A DNA stretch of 64,000 nucleotides from an uncultured Actinomycetota bacterium (GTDB lineage: Bacteria > Actinomycetota > Actinomycetes > Propionibacteriales > Propionibacteriaceae): the NCBI GenBank assembly GCA_963727125.1, contig CAVSEZ010000002.1:133281-197280 (forward strand), in the 5' to 3' direction. The first letter of the stretch is position 1; each line of letters starts with the position of its first letter. Under the pieces are notes generated by a model, which saw nothing but the letters and a program-made list of their open reading frames with translations, searched no databases and was not told the origin of the DNA. Both the position numbers and the translations under genes were made by a program. Shown piece by piece: positions 11,265 through 21,267 of this stretch.

Positions 11265-11864
11265 TCACGCAGTGGCTTGCGGGTGCTCGCTCCGCGCGAA
11301 CTTGCGCATCTGCACCCCGAACACGAGCAGCGCGATCCCGAACAAGATGGCGTAGACACCGAGGATCCAGATGATCGTGATCAAGCCCCCGGCGGGCCGG
11401 ATCATCACCAGGATGCCGAACAGGATGCCGAGGATGCCGGCGACCAGGCCCCAGATCCAGCCGCTCCCGCTCGAACCGCGGTGGCCGGAGGAGACGACGA
11501 CCTGCAAGATGCCGGCCACGATCGCCCAGATGCCGATGATGACGACCAGCACCTCGAGGCTGAGCCCGGGCCAGAACAAGACGGCGAGGCCGAACAGGAT
11601 GCTGATCACGCCGAGCACGATCCGGCTGGTCATCCCGGCCGCACCGCGGTAACGGATGGCGTCAACGATGTCGACGATGCCGTCCACCAGCGAGAAGAGC
11701 CCGATCACCAGCGCCAGCGCGAACGCGGTCGTGATCGGCGCGGCGAAAGCGATGATGCCGAAGATCACTGCCGCGACGCCGCGGACGATCGACCAGACCC
11801 AGGATCTGCCGGCGACCTCCTTCAGCTGCGAGGCCGACAGCGGGGTGGGGAAGAACTCCGACAC
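11265..11864 (-). CDS. HdeD/DUF308-family membrane protein
   Basis: SWVWSIVRGVAAVIFGIIA...IGLFSLVDG pattern, six hydrophobic segments; GTG start after GAAAGGA. Confidence 0.85.
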   Translation of the reverse strand: MSEFFPTPLSASQLKEVAGRSWVWSIVRGVAAVIFGIIAFAAPITTAFALALVIGLFSLVDGIVDIVDAIRYRGAAGMTSRIVLGVISILFGLAVLFWPGLSLEVLVVIIGIWAIVAGILQVVVSSGHRGSSGSGWIWGLVAGILGILFGILVMIRPAGGLITIIWILGVYAILFGIALLVFGVQMRKFARSEHPQATA

Positions 11865-11975
11865 GAGCGGATCCTTTCGGCGGCCTGGACGGGGACCAGG
11901 GGTGACCACAGTGTCGCCCCTCGGGAGCACGGTCGGTACCCCGCCGCGCCGGGTGGGACGGCGCACCCGGCCGGC

Positions 11976-12920
11976 TCACGCCGGTTCGGCGACCTCGACG
12001 TCAGCGGCCCGACGCCGCGACGAGGCCCGGATCAGGCCGTGACCACTCAAGATCAACAACGCGGCCCAGATGAGCGCGAACCCGGCCCAGCGCGCCGGCG
12101 ACATGGCTTCGCCGAAGTAGAACACCCCGAGCAGGAACTGCACCGTCGGAGTCAGGTACTGCAGCAGGCCGAGGGTGCTGAGCGGGATCCGGACGGCCGC
12201 AGCGCTGAACAGCAGCAACGGGACCACCGTCACCAGGCCGGCGGCGGCCAGCAGCAGGCTGTGCGCCCAGCCGAGGTGACCGAAGGTGAGGCTGCCCGTG
12301 GCCTGCAGGTAGCCGAGGTAGACCAGGGCCGCCGGGGTCAGCATCGCCGACTCGACGGTCAGGGTCGCCACGGCGCCGGAGTTGATCCGGTTCTTCAGCA
12401 GCCCGTAGGTGGCGAAGCTGCTCGCCAGGATCAAGGCGACCCACGGGGGTTGGCCGTAGTCGGCGGTCAGCACCAGCACGGCAGCCGCGGCGAACCCCAC
12501 GGCGACCCACTGGGTCCGGGCCAGCCGCTCCCGGAGGAAGATCACGCCGAGCAGCACGGTGAAGATCGGGTTGATGTAGTACCCGAGGGCGGCCTCGACG
12601 ACGTGGCCGGAGTTGACCGCCCAGATGTAGACCCCCCAGTTCACCGCCACGAAAGCGGCCGCCAGCGCCAGCAGGGTGAGGGTGCGGCGGTTGAGCAGGG
12701 GCCGCAGCCACCGGCGCGGTAGCAGGATCAGTGCCAGCGCCGTGGCGATGACCAGTGACCACACCACCCGGTGGGCCAGGATCTCGACCGCGCCGGCCTG
12801 CCTGACCAACGGCCAGAACAGCGGGACCAGGCCCCACACGAGATACGCGCCGAGGCCGTAGAGCAGGCCGCGGCGGTCCGCACGGTCAACCGGAGGAGGT
12901 GCAGCCGGCCGGCGCGCCAC
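11976..12920 (-). CDS. rarD: EamA-family transporter RarD
   Basis: EILAHRVVWS, NWGVYIWAVN, EAALGYYINP, LGLLQYLTP. Confidence 0.92.
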   Translation of the reverse strand: MARRPAAPPPVDRADRRGLLYGLGAYLVWGLVPLFWPLVRQAGAVEILAHRVVWSLVIATALALILLPRRWLRPLLNRRTLTLLALAAAFVAVNWGVYIWAVNSGHVVEAALGYYINPIFTVLLGVIFLRERLARTQWVAVGFAAAAVLVLTADYGQPPWVALILASSFATYGLLKNRINSGAVATLTVESAMLTPAALVYLGYLQATGSLTFGHLGWAHSLLLAAAGLVTVVPLLLFSAAAVRIPLSTLGLLQYLTPTVQFLLGVFYFGEAMSPARWAGFALIWAALLILSGHGLIRASSRRRAADVEVAEPA

Positions 12921-14015
12921 CTACCGCACGGTCCAGGTGTCCCCGCCGGCGACCATCGCCTGCAGCGCGTCGTCGTCGCTGCCGGAACCGGCCGCCAGGG
13001 CGACCTGATCGCGGGCCAGGTCGTCGTAGGTGGGCGCCTCGACGTCGCGGAAGATGCCGATGGGCGCCCGGTGCAGGATGCCGGCGTCGGTCAGCCGGGA
13101 CAGCCCGAAGGCGAACGTCGGGTCGGCGGCGTGCGCGTCGTGCACCGCGAGGGCGTCGACGCCGACCTCGTCGACGTCCACCACCGAGAACTGGCCGCTG
13201 ACCGGATCCCGAGTGACCCCGAGGCGGGCGTCGACACCGAACCGGATCGGCTCGCCGTGCCGGAGCGGGATGATCGCGTCGGCCGAGGTGTCGGCCTCCT
13301 TGATCGCCGCGAACGCGTCGTCGTTGAAGATCGGGCAGTTCTGGTAGATCTCCACGAAGGACGTGCCGCGGTGCGCCGCCGCCGCCCGCAGCACCTCGGT
13401 CAGGTGCTTGCGGTCGGAGTCGATGGTCCGGGCCACGAAGGTCGCTTCGGCGCCGAGCGCCAACGACACCGGGTTGAACGGGTTGTCCAGCGACCCGAGC
13501 GGGGTCGACTTGGTGATCTTGCCGAGCTCGGAGGTGGGGGAGTACTGACCCTTGGTCAGCCCGTAGATCCGGTTGTTGAACAACAGGATCGTCAGGTTCA
13601 CGTTGCGGCGGAGCACGTGGATCAGGTGGTTGCCGCCGATGGACAGGGCGTCGCCGTCGCCGGTGATCACGAAGACCGCGACGTCCTCGCGGGCGGTGGC
13701 CACCCCGGTGGCGATGGCGGTGGCCCGGCCGTGGATGGAGTGCATGCCGAAGGAGTCGACGTAGTAGGGGAATCGCGAGGAGCAGCCGATGCCGGAGACG
13801 ATGACGGTGTTCTCCTTGCGGATGCCGAGCTCCGGCATGAAGCCCTGGAACGCCGCCAGGACCGCGTAGTCACCACAACCCGGGCACCAGCGCACCTCCT
13901 GGTCGCTGGTGAAGTCCTTGCGGTTCAGCGGCTCCACCGACAGCGGCACGCCAGCCAAGCCGTTCTTCGCCGTCCCGTTCCGGGACCCGTTGGTGTGGCC
14001 GTTCAGATCGTTCAC
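12921..14015 (-). CDS. korB: 2-oxoacid:ferredoxin oxidoreductase beta subunit
   Basis: WCPGCGDY, SGIGCSSR, GDGD ThDP motif, YGLTKGQYSPT. Confidence 0.93.
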   Translation of the reverse strand: MNDLNGHTNGSRNGTAKNGLAGVPLSVEPLNRKDFTSDQEVRWCPGCGDYAVLAAFQGFMPELGIRKENTVIVSGIGCSSRFPYYVDSFGMHSIHGRATAIATGVATAREDVAVFVITGDGDALSIGGNHLIHVLRRNVNLTILLFNNRIYGLTKGQYSPTSELGKITKSTPLGSLDNPFNPVSLALGAEATFVARTIDSDRKHLTEVLRAAAAHRGTSFVEIYQNCPIFNDDAFAAIKEADTSADAIIPLRHGEPIRFGVDARLGVTRDPVSGQFSVVDVDEVGVDALAVHDAHAADPTFAFGLSRLTDAGILHRAPIGIFRDVEAPTYDDLARDQVALAAGSGSDDDALQAMVAGGDTWTVR

Positions 14016-15883
14016 GGCTGCACCCCTTCCAGCTCGTCGATCTCGGATTCCAGGTCGAGGGCCAACTCGCTGAGCGAGATCGGCAGGCCCCGGACCCGGG
14101 AGTAGCTGTGCACGTCGACCAGGTACTCGGCCCGCAGCAGCAGGGCCAGCTGGCCGAGGTTCATCTCGGGCACGATCACCCGGTCGTAGCTGCGCAGCAC
14201 CTCGCCCAGGTTGGCCGGGAACGGGTTCAGGTGCCGTACGTGCGTCTGGGCGATCTTGCGTCCGGTCTTGCGGACCCGACGAACCGCCGCGGTGATCGGT
14301 CCGTAGGTGGAACCCCAGCCCAGCACCAGCACCCGAGCCCCGTCCGGGTCGTCGACCTCGAGGTCCGGGATGTCGCGCACGATGCCGGCGATCTTGGCCT
14401 GGCGGATCCGCGTCATCTCATCGTGGTTGGCGGGGTCGTAGGAGACCGCTCCGGTGTCCTTGGCCTTCTCGAGACCGCCGATCCGGTGTTGCAGCCCGCT
14501 GGCGCCGGGAACGGCCCAGGGGCGGGCCAGCGTCTCCGGATCGCGCCGGTAGGGGTAGAAGGCGTCGTTGCCGGCCCGGTCGGTGCCGTTGGGGGTCGTG
14601 GCGAACTCCGGGTCGATCGGTGCGATCGCGCTGAGGTCCGGCACGGGCCAGGGTTCGGCGCCGTTGGCGATGTAGCCGTCGGAGAGCAGGATCACCGGGG
14701 TCCGGTACTTGACCGCGATCCGGACCGCCTCCAGCGCAGTGTCGAAGCAGTCGGCGGGTGACTGGGCCGCCAGCACCGGCACCGGCGCCTCGCCGTTGCG
14801 GCCGTACATCACCTGCAGCAGGTCGGCCTGCTCGGTCTTGGTGGGCATCCCGGTGCTCGGGCCGGCCCGCTGGATGTCGCAGATCACCAACGGCAGCTCG
14901 GTCATCACCGCCAACCCGATGGTCTCGGCCTTGAGCGCCACCCCGGGACCGGAGGTGGTGGTGACCCCGAGGTGGCCGGCGAAGCTGGCCCCGAGGGCGG
15001 CCCCGACACCGGCGATCTCGTCCTCGGCCTGGAAGGTCGTGACCCCGAACCGCTTGTGCTTGCTCAGCTCGTGCAGCACGTCCGAGGCGGGGGTGATGGG
15101 GTACGCCCCGAGGAAGAGCGGTAGTCCGGCCTTGCGGGCGGCGGTGATCAGCCCGAAGGCCAGGGCGAGGTTGCCGGAGATCTGCCGGTACTGGCCCGCG
15201 GGCATCGGCGCCGGTGCCACCTCGTAGGTCACGGCGAACGTCTCGGTGGTCTCGCCGAAGGCGTGCCCGGTCTTGAACGCGGTGATGTTGGCGTCCCGGA
15301 TGGCCGGCTTGCTGGCGAACTTGCGGGTGAGGAAGTTGACGGTGCCCTCGGTCGGCCGGCTGTAGAGCCACGACAACAGGCCGAGGGCGAACATGTTCTT
15401 GGCGCGCGAGGCGTCCTTGCGGGTGAGTCCGAACGGCTTCACGGCCTCGACCGTCATCCCGGTCAGATCGAGCGCGTGCAACTGGTAGTCGGTGAGGCTG
15501 CCGTCCTCGAGCGGGTTCGACTCGTACCCCACCTTGGCCAGGTTGCGGCGCGTGAAGTCCGCGGTGTCGGCGATGATGACGCCGCCCTTGGCCAGGTCGG
15601 CGATGTTCGCCTTGAGTGCGGCCGGGTTCATCGCGACCAGCACGTCGGGGCGGTCGCCCGGGGTCATGATGTCGTAGTTGGCGAAGTGCAGCTGGAAGCT
15701 GGAGACCCCGGGCAGCGTCCCGGCGGGCGCCCGGATCTCCGCCGGGAAGTTGGGCAGGGTCGAGATGTCGTTGCCGAACACCGCCGCGTCGGCGGTGAAC
15801 CTGTCGCCGGTCAGCTGCATCCCGTCGCCGGAGTCGCCGGCGAAGCGGATGACCACCCGGTCGAGGGTGTGGACCTGAGGCAT
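14012..15883 (-). CDS. korA: 2-oxoacid:acceptor oxidoreductase alpha subunit
   Basis: FAGDSGDGMQLTG, YPITPAS, EDEIAG, TTSGPG, PEMNLGQL; 4-bp overlap with korB. Confidence 0.93.
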   Translation of the reverse strand: MPQVHTLDRVVIRFAGDSGDGMQLTGDRFTADAAVFGNDISTLPNFPAEIRAPAGTLPGVSSFQLHFANYDIMTPGDRPDVLVAMNPAALKANIADLAKGGVIIADTADFTRRNLAKVGYESNPLEDGSLTDYQLHALDLTGMTVEAVKPFGLTRKDASRAKNMFALGLLSWLYSRPTEGTVNFLTRKFASKPAIRDANITAFKTGHAFGETTETFAVTYEVAPAPMPAGQYRQISGNLALAFGLITAARKAGLPLFLGAYPITPASDVLHELSKHKRFGVTTFQAEDEIAGVGAALGASFAGHLGVTTTSGPGVALKAETIGLAVMTELPLVICDIQRAGPSTGMPTKTEQADLLQVMYGRNGEAPVPVLAAQSPADCFDTALEAVRIAVKYRTPVILLSDGYIANGAEPWPVPDLSAIAPIDPEFATTPNGTDRAGNDAFYPYRRDPETLARPWAVPGASGLQHRIGGLEKAKDTGAVSYDPANHDEMTRIRQAKIAGIVRDIPDLEVDDPDGARVLVLGWGSTYGPITAAVRRVRKTGRKIAQTHVRHLNPFPANLGEVLRSYDRVIVPEMNLGQLALLLRAEYLVDVHSYSRVRGLPISLSELALDLESEIDELEGVQP

Positions 15884-16083
15884 GCGGGGACGAGCCTTCT
15901 TCCTGCGTCGGCGTGCTGCTCCGAGGTCGGTGCGGGAGACAGCGGGGTGGCGGTGACCGCTCGGTCACCCGGTTCGCGGGCAACCGTTCCATGATAAGGG
16001 CACCCTTTCCGCGACTCCGACCCTTCCAGAACCGAATTCGCGAGAGGCACCTCACACCGGGGCGTCGAGTCGATCCGCCGAGC

Positions 16084-17655
16084 TCAGCTCCGGTGCTCCG
16101 GTGGACGCGAGAGGGCGCCGGTGCCACCACGCTGCCAGGGCAGCGGCCCGTCCTGCGGGCGATAGCCGACGCCCATGGCGTCCAGCCGCTCCAGGTGGCC
16201 GGCCAGTCGCTGCTCGAACTCCGGCCAGGATCGCCCGGCCGGATCCGACCAGGCCACCTCGCTGTGCGCGCACGCCCGCGGGAACAGCATGTAGTCGGTC
16301 CGTGCGGTCGTCGGCATGTACTCCCGCCAGAGCTGGCACTGGGTGCCCAGCACCCGGTGGTGCAGCTCGGGCGGCAACCCGTCGAGCGGCTCGAACGCGT
16401 ACACCGTCTCGATGGGGAGCAGCCCGCCGATGGAGTACGCCTCGTCGTCCCCGGCGCTCGGGTAGTAGTCCAGGTAGGTGTGGGTCACCGGAGTCATCAC
16501 GACGTCCATCCCCGCCTGCGCGGCGGCGATGCCGTACGACGCGTCCCGCCAGGCCATGGCCACCGCCCCGTCGAGCGGGCCCTCGTCGTTGATCTCGTCC
16601 CAGCCGACCAGCCGGCGGCCGCGTTCGGCCAGCCAGTCGCGCAGCTGCTCGGTGAACCACCGTTGCAGGTACTCCGGACCGGGCAGTCCGAGACTCTCGG
16701 CCAGCTCGCGGGCCCGGTCGCTGGCCAGCCACTCCGTCCGCGGCACCTCGTCGCCCCCGACGTGCACGTAGGCGTGCGGGAAGATCTCGAGCAGCTCCTC
16801 GAAGAGGTCGAACACGAACCGCATCGCCTCGGGCTGCAGATTGAGCACCTCGTCGAAGATGCCGAACGTCGTCGCCGTCGCGTGGTGCCGGTCCGGGTGG
16901 TTGCCGAGTTCGGGGTACGCGGCCAGCACCCCGCGGACGTGGCCGGGGAACTCCAGCTCCGGCAGCACCGCGATGCCGCGGTCCGCCGCGTAACGCACCA
17001 CCGAGCGCAGCTGGTCGGCGGTGTAGAAGCCGCCGTGCGGGGTGCCGTCGGTGAAGTCCTGCAGATGCCGCTGGGTCTCGGTCCGCCAACTCGCCACCTC
17101 CTGCAACCGCGGGTGGGAGGACGAGGCGAACCGCCAGCCCTGGTCGTCGGTGAGATGGAAGTGGAAGACGTTGTACTTGTGCGCGGCGATCAGGTCGAGA
17201 AACCGGTAGACGTCGGCCAAGGGCATGAAGTGCCGACCGACGTCGAGGTGGACGCCGCGCCAGCCGAACCGCGGTGCGTCCTCCACCTCGACCGCGCCGA
17301 CGGTGAAGGTGGAGCGGATCGGGGCCGGCCGGAACACGTCGGGTCCGATCAGCTGGCGCAGCGTCTGCGCCGCCCAGCAGAGCCCGGCGAAGTCCCGGGC
17401 CGCGATCGTGATCTGGTCGGGGTCGACGACCAGCCGGTAGCCCTCGGCCGGCAACGCCTCGTCTGGTTCGAGCCGAAGCCGGCCGTCCGCGGCCAGTGGC
17501 AACGGGCAGCCGGTCCCCGGACCGAGGATCCGGCGGAGCGCGGCGGCCCAGGCGGGGTCGCCGGCGACGGCCAGCTCGGCGTCGAAGGAGAACTCGCCGG
17601 TGCCGATCGCCACCGAGCGTGGGCGAGGGACCAGGGACAGCGCGGAGCTGCTCAC
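16084..17655 (-). CDS. Beta-N-acetylhexosaminidase (GH20)
   Basis: DAPRFGWRGVHLDVGRHF, HLTDDQGWR, HVGGDE catalytic motif. Confidence 0.93.
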   Translation of the reverse strand: MSSSALSLVPRPRSVAIGTGEFSFDAELAVAGDPAWAAALRRILGPGTGCPLPLAADGRLRLEPDEALPAEGYRLVVDPDQITIAARDFAGLCWAAQTLRQLIGPDVFRPAPIRSTFTVGAVEVEDAPRFGWRGVHLDVGRHFMPLADVYRFLDLIAAHKYNVFHFHLTDDQGWRFASSSHPRLQEVASWRTETQRHLQDFTDGTPHGGFYTADQLRSVVRYAADRGIAVLPELEFPGHVRGVLAAYPELGNHPDRHHATATTFGIFDEVLNLQPEAMRFVFDLFEELLEIFPHAYVHVGGDEVPRTEWLASDRARELAESLGLPGPEYLQRWFTEQLRDWLAERGRRLVGWDEINDEGPLDGAVAMAWRDASYGIAAAQAGMDVVMTPVTHTYLDYYPSAGDDEAYSIGGLLPIETVYAFEPLDGLPPELHHRVLGTQCQLWREYMPTTARTDYMLFPRACAHSEVAWSDPAGRSWPEFEQRLAGHLERLDAMGVGYRPQDGPLPWQRGGTGALSRPPEHRS

Positions 17656-18059
17656 GAGACGAGGTGGGCGTAGTTGTCGGGTGCTTCCTGATCACCGGCC
17701 AGCACGCAGAACTCGTTGCCCTCCGGGTCGGTCAGGGTGATCCAGCCGCTGCCGTCGGGTCGACGGTGATCGGAATGGAACGTGGCGCCGCGGTCGATCA
17801 GCTGCTCGACCTCGGCCTCCCGGGTGCCGTCGGTGGGGCGCAGGTCGAAGTGCAGCCGGTTCTTCCCGGGGTTCGGGTCCGGTACCTCGATGAAGAGCAC
17901 CCGGGTCCGCCCGTCGGGGGAGAAGATCATGCACTCCACGTGCCCGGGGAGGTTCGGGTCGCGGGGATCCTCCTGCATGCCGAGGGTCTCGCCCCACCAG
18001 ACCGACAGGGGGTAGGCGTCACTGCAGTCCACGGAGGTGTGGGAGATGCGGCAGGTCAT
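17652..18059 (-). CDS. VOC (glyoxalase-like) family protein
   Basis: KNRLHFDL and DPEGNEFC motifs. Confidence 0.9.
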   Translation of the reverse strand: MTCRISHTSVDCSDAYPLSVWWGETLGMQEDPRDPNLPGHVECMIFSPDGRTRVLFIEVPDPNPGKNRLHFDLRPTDGTREAEVEQLIDRGATFHSDHRRPDGSGWITLTDPEGNEFCVLAGDQEAPDNYAHLVS

Positions 18060-18093
18060 CGCGCTCCCGACGGTCGCCGCCCGTGCGCGGGAT

Positions 18094-18429
18094 TCACAGC
18101 TGCCCCGGCTGGGAGTGCCGCTCGAGCTCGGCGGCGGCCTCGTCCAGGGCGGCCGATCGATCCAGCGCATCCTCCGGCGGCGCTCCGGCGGCCGCGAAGT
18201 CCTCGACCGGCTCGTCCACCCGCCCCGGGGTCTCCTCGGAACCGAAGGTCTCCTTGACGTTCCCCACGATGCCGCTGGCCTTGTCCTTGACGGTCTCCAG
18301 CACCTCCTCGGCCTTGTCCTTGACCGTCTCGAGGGCGTCCTCGGCCTTGTCCTTGGCCGTGTCGAACGCGTCTCCGGCCTTGTCTCCGAGCGTTTCCGCC
18401 CGGCCCTTCACCTCGTCGGCGATTCCCAT
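18094..18429 (-). CDS. Small acidic protein with 11-aa amphipathic repeats (LEA/CsbD-like)
   Basis: DKAGDAFDTAK / DKAEDALETVK / DKAEEVLETVK; co-oriented between yajQ and the VOC gene. Confidence 0.7.
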   Translation of the reverse strand: MGIADEVKGRAETLGDKAGDAFDTAKDKAEDALETVKDKAEEVLETVKDKASGIVGNVKETFGSEETPGRVDEPVEDFAAAGAPPEDALDRSAALDEAAAELERHSQPGQL

Positions 18430-18463
18430 TCGGACACCCTGTCTGTCTCGGCGAAAGCTTCTG

Positions 18464-18955
18464 TCAGCGGTAGTTGGTGAACTGCACGGCGAAGTCGTAG
18501 TCCTGGCTCTTGATCAACGCCTGGACGACCTGCAGGTCGTCACGACTCTTGCTGCTGACCCGCAGCTCGTCACCTTGGATCTGGGCCTTGACCCCGCGCG
18601 GTCCCTCGTCGCGGATCAGTTTCGACACCTTCTTGGCGTTCTCCTGGCTGATCCCCTCCTCGGTGCTGGCGGTGATCTTGTACAGCTTGCCCGAGGAGCG
18701 GGGTTCGCTCGCGTCCAGCGTCTTCAGGCTGACCCCGCGGCGGACGAGTTTGGACTGGAACACGTCCAGCACCGCCTTGACCCGCTCCTCGGAGTTCGCC
18801 TCCATCTCGATCACCTCGCCCGACCAGCTGATGGACGCGTCGGTGTTCTTGAAGTCGAACCGCTGCCGCACTTCCTTGGCGGCTTGGTTCAAGGCGTTGT
18901 CGACCTCCTGGCGGTCGACCTTGCTCACGATGTCGAACGAACTCTCCGATGCCAC
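18464..18955 (-). CDS. yajQ: YajQ-family nucleotide-binding protein
   Basis: [10 protein letters not shown]...RFDFK...RDDLQ...QFTNYR; divergent from tRNA-Tyr as usual in Actinobacteria. Confidence 0.95.
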   Translation of the reverse strand: MASESSFDIVSKVDRQEVDNALNQAAKEVRQRFDFKNTDASISWSGEVIEMEANSEERVKAVLDVFQSKLVRRGVSLKTLDASEPRSSGKLYKITASTEEGISQENAKKVSKLIRDEGPRGVKAQIQGDELRVSSKSRDDLQVVQALIKSQDYDFAVQFTNYR

Positions 18956-19073
18956 GGAACCTCCTTCGTCAGCCGAACCTCAGCGGTCCCATTCTCGCCG
19001 GTGTGGGCCGGTTCGGCGTTTGCTATTGTTACCGGTCGCCGCAGGCTCGCCTCATCGAGGTGGTCAGCGACAT

Positions 19074-19158
<85 letters not shown>

Positions 19159-19196
19159 CGCTCGCTCCCGTCAGCGCGAGGGAGGAGTCGTCGTCC

Positions 19197-19874
19197 GTGT
19201 GGTCAGTGCTGCTGCAACTCCTGCCGCTCGCGGTCGCGGCCGCGCTGAGCTCGGTACCGCTCACCGCGACCATCCTCATCTTGTTGTCGGAGCAACGCAG
19301 TCGGTCGGCGTTGCCGTTCCTGATCGGCTGGGTCGTGGGGATGGGCCTCGTCGTGTTCGGGTCGATCCTCGGCGCCGGCGCGCTGCCGACCCCGGGTCTG
19401 CAGCCGCCGCGGTTCGTGATCGGGACCGCCGAGGTGATCGTCGGGCTGGGACTGCTGGTGTACGGGCTCATCGCGGCGGTCCGGGCCATCCGGAGGCCCC
19501 GACTGAGCAGCTCCAACCGGTGGTTGAACGCGGTGTCCTCGTTCGGGCCGCTGCCGTCCTTCGGTCTCGCGCTGGCCCTGAACCTACGACCGAAGGGTCT
19601 GCTGATCGGGCTGGCCGCGGGCCTGGCGATCACCGGAGCCTCGCTGGCCTGGGCGGACTCGCTCGTGCTCCTGGCGGCTTATCTCGTCGTGGCGGTGTCC
19701 AGCGTCGTCGTACCGATCGTGGTCACCCTCGCGGCGCCGGGGAAGATGGAGCCCCGACTGCTGCGGATCCGCGACTGGCTGGAGCGCAACGGTGCCATCG
19801 TGACCGCCGTCGTGATGGGCGTGATCGGTGTGGTGATCGCCCTCGCCGGGCTCGGCAAGCTCGTGCTCGGCTGA
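19197..19874 (+). CDS. GAP-family (DUF2910-like) membrane protein
   Basis: QLLPLAVAAALSSVP...LNLRPK...WLERNG pattern; GTG after GGAGGAG. Confidence 0.8.
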   Translation: MWSVLLQLLPLAVAAALSSVPLTATILILLSEQRSRSALPFLIGWVVGMGLVVFGSILGAGALPTPGLQPPRFVIGTAEVIVGLGLLVYGLIAAVRAIRRPRLSSSNRWLNAVSSFGPLPSFGLALALNLRPKGLLIGLAAGLAITGASLAWADSLVLLAAYLVVAVSSVVVPIVVTLAAPGKMEPRLLRIRDWLERNGAIVTAVVMGVIGVVIALAGLGKLVLG

Positions 19875-20025
19875 GTTCGGCGGAATAACACGGCGAGGCT
19901 CAAAATGTGCCGTTTGGACGAAACGACGCGCAGACCGTTATGCTCCCGTGACCAAGCGGCCGATCTCGCGGTCGTGGTAACCGAACGATAAAGCCTGGCC
20001 AGCGCCGGGCGACGACGGAGCTCTC

Positions 20026-21162
20026 GTGCGCAAGATCATCCCGGCGGTCATCGCCGGAGGGACCGTGCTGGCCGTGGCCGGCGGCACCTTCGCCTACGTG
20101 ACCGCGAACAAGGACGTCACGCTCGCCGTGGACGGCGTGTCCAGTGAGGTCACCACCATGTCCGGCACGGTCGGCGATCTGCTGGGCAGCCAGGGCATCA
20201 GCCTCGGTGAGCACGACGTGGTGGCCCCGAGCCGGGACAGCAAGCTGACCGACGGAACGCGGATCGCGGTGCAGTACGGCCGGCAGGTCACCATCACCGT
20301 CGACGGGAAGCCGCAGACGTTCTGGACCACAGCGACCACGGTCAACGAGGCCCTGCAGACCCGCTCGATCAACGTGGCGGGCGGCGACCTCTCCACCAGT
20401 CGCAGCGCCGCCATCGGGCGGCAGGGGCTGGCGTTCGCCCTGGAGACCCTGAAATCGGTCGAGATCAGGACCGGCGAGGACAAGCGCACCCTGAAGACGA
20501 CCGCCGGGACCGTCGGCGAGGCCCTGAAGGCGGCGAAGGTGGTGGTCGACGGCGACGACATCGCCAGCGCCCAGACCAAGGCCCCGCTGACCGACGGGAT
20601 GAAGCTCACCGTGGTCAAGGTCGACGTGAAGAACGTGACGAAGAAGCGGGACGTCGCCTTCGACACGGTCTACAAGAAGACCTCGAAGATGACCAAGGGT
20701 GACACCGAGGTCGACCGGTCGGGCAAGACCGGGGTCCGCACCATCGTCTACCGCGAGGTCCGCAAGGACGGCGAGCTGGCGAGCCGGAAGAAGGTCAGCT
20801 CCAAGATCACGACCGAGGCCCGGGACAAGATCGTGCTGGTCGGCACCAAGGAGCCGGAGCCCGAGCCGGCGCCGTCCACTTCCGGCGGCAGCACCTCGGG
20901 TGGGTCCAGCTCCGGCGGCGGCAACGGCGTCTGGGACCGGCTCGCGCAGTGTGAGACCGGTCAGCGCTGGAACACCGACAGCGTGCCCGGCTACTCCGGG
21001 GGTCTCGGCTTCGCCCACAGCAGCTGGCGGGCCTACGGCGGCAGTGGCAGCCGTGCTGCCGGGCACAGCCGCGAGGCGCAGATCGCCGTGGCCAAGCGGA
21101 TCCTCGCCGACGTGGGCTGGGGCGCCTGGCCCGCCTGCAGCCGCAAGCTCGGCCTGCGCTGA
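20026..21162 (+). CDS. rpfB: Resuscitation-promoting factor RpfB-like (DUF348 x3, G5, lytic transglycosylase)
   Basis: Three ubiquitin-like repeats, G5 (GKTG...IVLVGTK), C-terminal VWDRLAQCE...GWGAWPACS. Confidence 0.85.
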   Translation: MRKIIPAVIAGGTVLAVAGGTFAYVTANKDVTLAVDGVSSEVTTMSGTVGDLLGSQGISLGEHDVVAPSRDSKLTDGTRIAVQYGRQVTITVDGKPQTFWTTATTVNEALQTRSINVAGGDLSTSRSAAIGRQGLAFALETLKSVEIRTGEDKRTLKTTAGTVGEALKAAKVVVDGDDIASAQTKAPLTDGMKLTVVKVDVKNVTKKRDVAFDTVYKKTSKMTKGDTEVDRSGKTGVRTIVYREVRKDGELASRKKVSSKITTEARDKIVLVGTKEPEPEPAPSTSGGSTSGGSSSGGGNGVWDRLAQCETGQRWNTDSVPGYSGGLGFAHSSWRAYGGSGSRAAGHSREAQIAVAKRILADVGWGAWPACSRKLGLR

Positions 21163-21188
21163 TCCTGCTGCTCGGACGTACGCCGTTC

Positions 21189-21213
21189 GGGTGCTGAGCT
21201 CGTCGAAGCACCC
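21189..21213. repeat. Palindromic REP-like repeat
   Basis: GGGTGC-TGAGCTCGTCGAA-GCACCC; same core as the copies at 28010-28106. Confidence 0.7.
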
Positions 21214-21267
21214 TGTCGGGGTTCCGGTTGTTCGTGCCGATTTCGGCGCCGGTGACATGATCCCCAG

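Noticed and set aside
19875-20025. c-di-AMP (ydaO) riboswitch upstream of rpfB or the NlpC/P60 gene
   Set aside because: The leaders are short and I could not find the conserved ydaO sequence blocks
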